Source of the DNA: Catajapyx aquilonaris
Lineage: Eukaryota
Reading direction: 5' to 3'
DNA length: 45,425 nucleotides
Assembly (NCBI GenBank): GCA_000934665.2
Contig: JYFJ02003175.1
Coordinates: 1-45,425, forward strand
Position 1 is the stretch's first letter, and every line of letters starts with the position of its first letter. Positions 37,501-45,425 of this stretch are shown here, piece after piece. The position numbers and the translations under genes were made by a program. The notes under the pieces were generated by a model, which made no database searches, was not told where the DNA came from, and saw only the letters and a list, made by a program, of their open reading frames with translations.

Positions 37501-40500
37501 CAGCTTGCTGTCTCGCACCATGCTGCACGTCTCCATGAGCAGCTTCTTATTCTCTGGGCTCAGGTGGAAACGAGCTTCCTTCCCCAAGGTGGCCGCAGCT
37601 TGTTGCACTCCTTTTCTCGTGGAGCAGAACACCTTGGATTAGACAGACGGATAATGTGGTTCAGTAAGTGTCAAATGTACGGCCTTACCAGCGTGGGCTT
37701 TCCAGAGGAGTACTTGGTGATGACTTGATTCAGCTTGTAATTGAGTGACATATCAAAACGAAAGTCACTCCAGTTTTCAGAACAGAAGTAGCCAATGACG
37801 TGCTTCTGAAGTTCGACTGGACGCATTTTCTCATCAATTCTGAAAAGGGAAAATAATTATGTGGAATTTCGAGTCTTCACAGCTCAAGAACTTGCTGGAC
37901 ATACTTGTAGAAAACCGCGTCCTTGTCTGATTCCCGGATCCATTCGGCAATGTCCTCGATGTTCGGGATCGTGGCCGAAACCGCCACAAATCTTAATCCT
38001 AGCGAACTCGTCGCTACTTTTTTTGTGGATGCCAATTCCCTGGCCGCAACCTTTTGCACTGTTTTCATGCGGCTCACTACAGCCTCCATGGTAGGACCTC
38101 GAGTTTCGTCATTCAGTAAATGCACCTATGCAAAAAAAAGGCACAAACAATGTGACAAAAAAAGTACCCTACGAAATTACAAAATATGTCTCTTATACCT
38201 CATCAATAAGAAAGAGCTTCACTACTTGAACCAAACCCTTGTTGTCTCTCCAATGTCGAGTGATGGAATCCCACTTTTCTGGGGTGGTAAGAATGAGATG
38301 ATATTGGCTCATGTGGTACATGTCACTGATCTCAGAATCTCCAGTAAGTTCCAAACACTTTAGCCCAAGTGGTTCAAATTTCTTCTTCCAATCCAAAAAC
38401 TTTTCGGTGCATAAGGCCTTTACTGGTGCCACTATTTCGGAACAGTAGTTTTATTACAATCTGTAAATTCTTAAGGGCGTTGAAATACGTATATAAATAC
38501 TCCTACTGTAGACAATTTTGAAGCTGCCGGTCTCTGCCAGGCGCTGCAGAGAGATCATAAGCTCGATGATGGCCAGTTCAAAGACGACAGTTTTTCCTGA
38601 TCCAGTCGGAGCTGACACCACCAACGACCTTCCTGTGGATTATTTTCTATAAATATTACAACATATTCATGCTTATAAAACAAGCACATATGTACGAAGG
38701 ATACTTGCGTGTATTAAATACGTCATCAAAAACTGTAGATTGAACGTAGTTGAAGTAGGGAAACTCTGAGAATATGTGGCTGTAGTGTTGGGCTAGTCAT
38801 TTCCGTCAAGGATTGTGGTCTATTGTGCTGGCATTTTTAATGTTATTGTTTTCAATTCGTGAATACAGCCGTGAGCTAACAAAAGCGCAAAAGGATACGT
38901 ATTTCTGTCACAGATCGAAGTGTTCGTCCTGCAACCACGGTGGCTCGAGGCACTGGAACTGCTGGAGGTTGAGTAATTCCAGCATTGCTATAACGAATGT
39001 ATGAATTAATCATTTTTTGCTCTCATTCGACTTTAAAAAAATGTGTTTATAGAAATGACACCGGGTCATACCGACAAGACAGAAAATATCTCAGTTTTTT
39101 CTGGACTTTTTCAGTAGCTTCTCATCGTAAGACATCTTCCACATACGTAGGCTACATTATTTATATATCGTATTCTATATTAAAATGCAGTCCTATACAC
39201 TGAACCTCCCTCGAAACCTCTCCCTATCCGGTGTACTCACTTGATCCCAGCCCGAAAAGGCACACGCTCATCTTTCTCTGCTTCTTTCAGCAAATCTTGA
39301 TCAATCTGATTCAACCATTCTGGTGTTGTCTTGACGGGTGCTGAAACCAAGGGACCTCCACTGTCATCAGAGAATGTCGAACCATCTCCGAAATACAGGT
39401 CGTGCAAATTTTGGGGAAGATTACGGAGCACTCCTAGCCCAGAATCTGCATCCGATTCTTGGCTGAACTCAGCTGGCTGGAATCTGAAGAGTTCAGGAGA
39501 CGGGCCATCAGCCACTGGCTCTTGTCTCCTCTGTGGATCCCACAGAAATGGTGCTGCAAAGGGCTTCGTGATGGCAGGCCCAGTCCAATTTTGAGGCATT
39601 GCTGAATTCCTATTTGACTCCTTCCTGCTCATGCCAACAGGATTATTGGAAGTGAATCCGTAACTATGCAAGGTTGGGTCGGGTCGATGGCCGTTCATCA
39701 AGGAGGAAGAATCAGTTGGTGGTTCCCAAGGCTGTGACAAATAAAAAGGAACCGTTCATATTCTCAAAGCTTCCGAACTGAATCGTGATTGGGAGAGCCA
39801 AATGACATTTCCTCCTCGCTAGTGACTAGACAAAAACTTTCAGAGAATTTATTGTAGTACAGTACGTGTGTAGCCATAGCTCTACGACAAACTTTGTGTC
39901 CCAAAATTAATACGACGCAGCATTACGAAACCCTCGTTTTTATTATTAAACATTAAACAATGCGGAAATAAAGAAAAATGTCCTTGTATACCGGTACTGT
40001 ACATATTCGCACAGCGATTGTTTTCAAACTTCACTATAACCGTTCTAAGAGGCCCGAATCTTTGAAGATTCGAGTAAAATTTCACTTTATTCGTCATTAT
40101 ACTATCTTCTACATCGAGAATACATCCTGCGATACTTCCATCGCCTCTGCCATTGCGATGAGCTTAAGTGAATTGCATGGCAACATCTATGAAAACAGAA
40201 GAGCAGGGACGCGAGGATGGATTCATACTTGCCAGGATACTTTATACTCGGGAGCCCATTCTCTCGGATACAAGAGGCTGCGGAAAGCCGGAAACCAAAT
40301 GCCATCTCTACGTAAAGTTACCATCTGATGTCCAGGAGTTCACACTTTCTCGGAATCATCATGAAATACCCTGCAGAGGCCTGTTTATACAGTATACGTA
40401 TGTATAGCAGGGGCGGACCCAGACTTTCGATTGGGGAGGGGGGCACCTTTTTTAGGTTTTTTTCGGGAAGGGGGGGGGGGGTTCAAAGTCACACGAACTT

Positions 40501-41465
40501 AGGTGAATGTGGGAGATTTGAATGGGTGTGTATTTGATGAAATTGGTAGCACTTTTTCCACCACCACTACCAATAGACCCCATTATACAAAAGTGTCAAA
40601 TCTGCAGATTAAAAATTAGAAAAAATTTCACTTCCCACGGTTTGGGGGGAAGGGGTGTCATGACCCCCGTGACGTGCAGGATGTGGAAAATGTAGGATTT
40701 ATAGTGCCTAAAATTGCCTATTTCAGGGCTTTGGGAGCTATTTTGCCTATTCTGACTTTTTGGCCATTTTTGGGACAGTTTTTGAACTTTTTAAAGCAAT
40801 TTCGGGATTTTTTCGTGCATAAAAATCCGGACTTTACTAAGTAATATTAAACCCCAGGACAGTGGAGTGTAATGACAAGGTAGAGCGAGGCAGAGTTATA
40901 AATTATAACGACGATGACATGACTGGGTTCACATCATGCATGGTTGTCTTTAGGTCGTTGTGGTTGCGAGCCTGGCAACATGTGCTGATTGGTGCATTCA
41001 AACCACAACAACCGAATAAACAATGCGTAACTACGCCCGTGAACCCAGCAAAATTGCTGGCCCCCAGCGTCGTGGTCCATGTCTTTGAAAGCATGGGCTG
41101 TAACCCACAAATAAGTCCAGTTGGCTGATTTTGTTTGGTTTATTGAGGCAAACATGCCAGAGGTCAATGACCTCTTCTAAACCCTACATAGGCTGTACCA
41201 ATGTACAGCTATATATACTTTCACAGCTTTCACTCACCATGAAGATGTTCTGGAACGGATCTTGGATACTAGGTGCTGGAGGAATCAGGTAAAACGACGA
41301 CTTCCGAACATTGGAGCTGTAGGAAAACAACCGAGTGACAATTCAGCACTGAGGAGGTGCGAAGCCTGCAGCTTACCCCATGCACGTCGCCCTGCCGAAC
41401 TGCCTGTCGCCGTCACCCTGCTGGAAGGGCCCGTCGAAGAGCCACTCATTCCCCCCATTAGCCAT
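19573..41465 (-). CDS. HFM1: ATP-dependent DNA helicase HFM1/MER3 (Ski2-like DExH helicase, Sec63 region, C-terminal Cys/His zinc finger), more than 1500 aa
   Basis: Phase-consistent exons: 39241-39731, 38899-38987, 38709-38792, 38507-38632, 38199-38431, 37905-38125, 37689-37839, 37497-37632, 36700-36819, 36462-36637, 28041-28269, 25475-25614, 25093-25277, 24821-24918, 24554-24768, 24016-24248, 22748-22854, 22522-22653, 22352-22458, 22167-22274, 21713-21846, 21499-21651, 21255-21418, 20121-20593, 19978-20058, 19691-19902, 19573-19621. Motifs: FPYFNYVQS, APTGSGKT, TTPEKWD, DEVH, SATIPN, YHHAG, GVNLPAHLV, QMIGRAGRPQFD, ESSLHRHLIEHLNAEI, CKHHCNDKQACKHICCK. Probable first exons are 41377-41465 and 41238-41316; an alternative start is ATG 39808. 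The last exons are less certain (unspliced stop at 19642). Confidence 0.95.
20746..21023. mobile_element. MITE remnant with piggyBac-like GGG|TTAA end
   Basis: Inverted repeat GGTGACCTGGGGTCTTTCAACACCCC (20746) / GGGGTCTTTAAACACCCCAGGTCACC (to 20983), with right end AAGGGTTAA. Confidence 0.55.
23233..23256. repeat. (AG)n microsatellite
   Basis: Run of AG dinucleotides within a purine-rich tract in an HFM1 intron. Confidence 0.9.
34021..34414 (+). CDS. Cuticle protein with chitin-binding R&R (Chitin_bind_4) domain, 100 aa, nested in an HFM1 intron
   Basis: Exon 34021-34107 (signal peptide MLKILALLLTFTAVSLSAP...PMP|gtaagt) plus exon 34199-34414 (YNFKWEVNDEEFQNYYGQDETASDSGRVDGSYHVWLADGRLMTVTYYVDGESGFVPSITY), matching the GSY...DG...V.Y.D..GF consensus. 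Probable 5' UTR intron 33925-34010, TATA-like element near 33851, AATAAA near 34504. Confidence 0.92.
40408..40839. mobile_element. One or two degenerate MITE remnants
   Basis: CAGGGGCGGACCCAG terminus with G runs, followed by an imperfect inverted pair GGATTTATAGTGCCTAAAA / TTTTCGTGCATAAAAATCC. Confidence 0.4.
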
Positions 41466-41668
41466 GTTTTGGCCCAGGCGTCCCCGGGGCGGCCTCCAGC
41501 TAAGAGCAGCTCTGGTCGCCGGGCTGGAGTGTTCCAAAGATCCCGCAGGCAGAATCCAATATGGCCGCCGATCTCGGCTCAGGTTGCCAGGTGCAGGGCG
41601 CACTCTCCTCTTACGTCATCGTACTCGATACGGTGTTGGATACGGTTGTGTGTGCACCAGGTTTTTTA

Positions 41669-42019
41669 ATGTTGTGGTTAATTACAGTAAGTTACCATGA
41701 CGATGCACAGTAAATGCTGAGACCCTGAGCTAGGATTTTCTACTTTCCGCGAAACAAATCAATTTGTTTGATTCAGGTCTGGGTCCAGCTTCTTTGGCGA
41801 TGTGTAAATGGAATGATAGTGGTTTTCCGACCTATGAAAAGTGGCCTGTCAGCTGGTACAGTGGTGGACATAAATCGAGGCATACTGCTAGCGACATTTT
41901 CAGAAGCGGCAAAGGAAGGAATCTTGCTCGCACGGCTTGCAGTATTCTTATCTTCGATTCCTTCTTCTGCCAATTCTGGAAATGTTGCTATCCACCAGTG
42001 TCTCGAATACCTCAATTAA
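41669..42019 (+). CDS. Candidate small spliced ORF (86 aa) divergent from HFM1
   Basis: ATG 41669-41686 (ACA|gtaagt) splices in phase 0 to ttgattcag|41777-42019, giving MLWLITVWVQLLWRCVNGMIVVFRP...HQCLEYLN. No recognisable homology. Confidence 0.25.
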
Positions 42020-42126
42020 TGTCCAACACTGTACTGGAAAGGGTAAAAACTATCATACAGTTCACACCCTGTTGTTTCAATATAATTATATTGTGACATG
42101 CTGATTAAGCTTTGATTGGTTATGTA

Positions 42127-42480
42127 CAGTGCTGGACATATTAGCCGCCGCTGAATGTTTTTTTCCAGCGGCTGCGGCGGCGGCTTGGCTGCGGCTTGCC
42201 TGGCAACCCCGTCCGGCGGACCAATTCAAACATCGGCACATGGAGAGCGCTTTCATTGTTGCCACTGTTTACAAATCGAGTGAGTGAGTGCGCAGGCAGA
42301 ATAAGAGACCCGTTGCTGGGTCGCCCGCGTCACTCACTCGATTTGTAAACAGTGGCAACAATGAAAGCGCTCTCCATATGCTGGTGCTTGAATTGGCCCG
42401 CCGGACAGGGTTGCCAGGTAACGCAGCACCATCGGCGATGGAAAAAAAACATTCAGCTACGGCTAATTTGTCCAGCACTG
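42127..42480. mobile_element. Palindromic Tc1/mariner-type MITE
   Basis: TA|CAGTGCTGGACA ... TGTCCAGCACTG|TA with long imperfect inverted arms, e.g. GGAGAGCGCTTTCATTGTTGCCACTGTTTACAAATCGAGTGAGTGA and its reverse complement. Confidence 0.9.
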
Positions 42481-42872
42481 TACCTGCAGGTTTGTTGTGT
42501 GTATACCTAGTAGTTTTGACTGAAGGGTTGGGTTTGTACAAGACGTGTGCAAGTGCCAGTGCATTACAAGTGCAAAGTTACAGGCAAAACTTATGTGCCA
42601 AGTAACAAGTGTAATAGAATTCAGTTTACATTCATGTCAGTGGAAACAAGTTGTCCTGAATCTTGACCTGAAGCATGTACAGTACCAGTATTATTATGCC
42701 CTCTCCATGGTCAGCCCCAATGCAAGAATTAGTCTTCAGAAAAGGCAGACATTTACTCTGTTAAATAACATACTTTCAGATCATACATAAAAGTCACATT
42801 ATTCTTGAAAGGTCTTAAAAAGTTGAAAAAGCAATGGAATTTGATGAGCAGGAACTTGGAACTCATTAATCT

Positions 42873-45057
42873 TCATTCATGGTCATCACCTGCATCATCT
42901 TCATCACCTTCATCATCTTCATCATCTTCATCATCTTCGTCATCTTCGCCAACTTCATTATCTTTGTCATCTTCGTCATCTTCATTATCTTTGTCATCTT
43001 TGTCATCTTCGTCCTCAGGCATGTCTTTGGTCAATTCCTGGAACATTTAATAAATTAGGTACCTTTTTGTTCTAGCACATGAATATTCGTCAACTGAAGA
43101 AGGACCAAAAATTGAAGACCTGGCCTCAATTCTACCACAACCAGTGCATGTTGTAAACAAGGCTAAAAATGGGCCTATGGAAGGCTGTTTAATCCCTTGT
43201 ATTCTAATTGCTGATTGGAGGCCTTGCTCATGGATCCATAAATTTTCACTTACTGTAGTACTGACTTCAAATTATTATTGGTACAGTGCTGGACACATTA
43301 GCCGTCGCTGAATGTCGTTCACGTCATATTCACACCAGGAAGAGATACATGACTAACATGACACGTACAGGGGTTGGACACAATAATATGAACACCTGCA
43401 ACAAGCGTTAGTCGTGTATCTCTTCCTGGCGCGAATATGACGCGAACGTATACGTACTCGTATATGCGGAACAGCGGAAGCCATTTTGAGATATGACGTC
43501 TTTGGGGACAAATTACGAGACTGACGTGGTGTCTGACATACAGGGCATGGTCTCCATTCGTCTTAGAGGTGTCGAAGTACGCGGAAAAGACACCAAAACC
43601 AAAATAATCCGTCAGTTGACTTTCAATTAGCACACCCCGGATCTTAAGGGGGCGCGTTAGCAAAAAAATACGGTAACAATCGGTAACAATGCGAGCCCGT
43701 GGCGACCACGTTAACAAACTCGCGTATGCATGGACAGCATATGGGGATTTAACATGTCTGTGCTTCTGCGGCCGTACGGCCGCAAAAATGGAGCAATGGA
43801 CACAAAAATTACACCAAAAAATAGGACATGATCTGGCGCAGGGCACCTTCGGCGTCATTTTACCATTTTCGGCCTAGAAGTGACCTTTTCATCGAGTTGA
43901 AGTGAAAGGAAAATGGCGTTCCCGAAAAGCCCATTTGAATAACATGGCGGCAGGAACACGACAAATTCGGGAACGCTTCGGCGCCCGTATGTCCACAATT
44001 TTAATGCAATCATATCGAGTATGGTACCATAGTAAAGGCCAAACTTTTCCGCAGGGCACGTTCGGCGTGATTTTTCCGATTAACTGTCCGTTTCGCCACA
44101 AAAAATAAAATTCCCTCAAAAATGCGCCTACCGTATTTTTACTAATGCGCCCCCTTAATCATTGACACCCCCTCCTCAGGGGTGGAATATATTTCGTGTG
44201 ATGAGGACGAAAACCTTTCTTTGAGTCCAGGGATAATTTTCCCAACGTGGTTTGCTTCTGACATCATTATTTTCCCGTTTTCTCCTGCGTATCCCTGCAG
44301 ATACTGTGTAAGCAGGCAGAAGAGACCCGTCGCTGGGTCGTCAGCGTCACTCCCTCGATTTGTAAACAGTGGCAACAATGGAAGCACTCTCCATGTGCTG
44401 ATGTTTGAATTGGCCAGCCAGATGGGGTTGCCAGGTTACGCCGCCGCCTCCGGAAAAAAACATTCAGCGACGGCTTATGATTGTGTCCAGCACTGCATTG
44501 GTGTGCACTGTTATCATAGCAGAACAGCACTTGGCACCCTTCACGTTTTAACTTACATTGAACAACTCTGCCAGTTTCTTGCCCTGTTCTACCATCTCCT
44601 TCAGCACGGTGTTCTCCTCCTCAAGGTGCTCACGAGTCTTGTACAATTCCTCATTCTCCTTAAGAGTTTCTTCTAAAGCACATCTCCTGTTTTCTGCTAT
44701 TTTTTTCCAGAATTCCAGAGGTGCCTCTTCTACAATACAAAAATCAAAAGATAATAATAATGTTAAGTACTACTATTAGACACAACTAGTGCTGCACCTA
44801 ATCTTACCACTGTACATCATGCGCTCAGCCTCAGTCAAGTATCCACCTTCTTTAGGGTCAGTCTGGACCTGCTTGTCCTCCTTCTTCACCTCTTTGGTTT
44901 CAACATCCTTGCTAAAAGGTTGAAATAATTCTCTCAGTCACACGATTTCAATGACCTCACCACAACATACTCACTGCTTGAACTTTTCCACTCTGCCAAC
45001 CAGCTTGTTCTCAGTAGTGGTCTGAATCAACTGCAAAACCTTTCTTTTCCCCAGACT
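42873..45057 (-). CDS. GMNN: Geminin (5'-partial; start codon not identified in the window)
   Basis: Exons 44975-45057, 44808-44911, 44557-44729, 42873-43037, all phase-consistent. D-box-like RKVLQLIQ followed by LVGR; coiled coil FWKKIAENRRCALEETLKENEELYKTREHLEEENTVLKEMVEQGKKLAELFN; acidic tail. Confidence 0.88.
42880..43015 (-). repeat. Coding GAAGATGAT/GAC-type repeat (poly-Asp/Glu tail of Geminin)
   Basis: Imperfect 9-nt units encoding EDDKDDKDNEDDEDD... Confidence 0.8.
43284..44495. mobile_element. Longer relative of the 42127-42480 MITE, in the last Geminin intron
   Basis: Same TIR, TA|CAGTGCTGGACACATTAGCCGTCGCTGAATG ... CATTCAGCGACGGCT...TGTCCAGCACTG. About 44310-44495 aligns with about 42290-42480. 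Confidence 0.8.
43648..44154. mobile_element. Non-autonomous TTAA-inserting DNA transposon (Kolobok-like), nested in the previous element
   Basis: TTAA|GGGGGCGCGTTAGCAAAAAAATACGGTA ... TACCGTATTTTTACTAATGCGCCCCC|TTAA. Internal direct duplication GCAGGGCAC.TTCGGCGT near 43838 and 44051. Confidence 0.75.
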
Positions 45058-45425
45058 CTGAAATGTACGCACAAGTATATTATTACCACCCACATGAAAT
45101 GACCAAAGAGTTCTGCTCCCTATACTTTTCCATTAGACAGGCTGAGGCAGCCGCCATCTTGTCGGAGGTAATATTGTTGTTCTAACAGTTGTCTAGCAAC
45201 TGGGACAACAACCGATAATGACAACTGGGCGACAATTAGTTCAATAATGTCAGGCATCCGCCATCTTGTTGGAGGTAATATTGTTGCCTGCCTCACATTT
45301 CAGCCCGAGTGCCTCCTCTAGGTATATATACAGGGTGATCCAACTCTGTGGCACCAACAGTTATTGGAAAAATCAACAAGCTGCTTGTTTATAAGCAGGT
45401 CGTTGCTAAGAGATCAATAAGAGTT

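Noticed and set aside
40187..40233. TG|A codon split by a putative GC-AG intron, suggesting selenocysteine
   Set aside because: Depends on unverified junctions; no SECIS or selenoprotein motif was recognised.
42805..43050. Poly-Ser plus-strand ORF
   Set aside because: Antisense shadow of the Geminin acidic-tail exon.
43319..44119. ORFs of 179, 76 and 68 aa with a repeated peptide
   Set aside because: They lie within non-autonomous transposons and reflect an internal DNA duplication; no transposase motif.
1..45425. CRISPR array, rRNA or prokaryotic/viral operon
   Set aside because: No regularly spaced repeats, rRNA-like sequence or long intronless ORFs; all recognised genes are spliced animal genes.

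Overview
Gene-dense animal genomic DNA. The short GT-AG introns (about 50-110 nt) and an R&R chitin-binding cuticle protein point to an arthropod, probably a crustacean (inference). I assembled six spliced protein-coding genes by hand from splice signals and reading-frame phases: an orphan acidic secreted protein (+, 2168-2995); CUEDC1 (-, 8 coding exons, 5419-17480); mitochondrial ribosomal protein S23 (+, 18071-18899, head-to-head with CUEDC1); the meiotic helicase HFM1/MER3 (-, about 29-30 exons, 19573-41465, 5' exons uncertain); a cuticle protein gene nested antisense in the 8.2-kb HFM1 intron (+, 34021-34414); and a 5'-truncated Geminin (-, 42873-45057). Introns carry several MITEs and tRNA-derived SINEs, some nested. 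The best leads are a phase-matched alternative CUEDC1 exon encoding a Cys-cluster/polybasic segment, the acidic precursor ending in a KRK-flanked amphipathic peptide, CUEDC1-MRPS23 adjacency also seen in human, two firm and one probable GC-AG intron in HFM1, and cryptic mini-exons plus a divergent small ORF at the HFM1 5' end. Family assignments are from remembered motifs; no database search was run.
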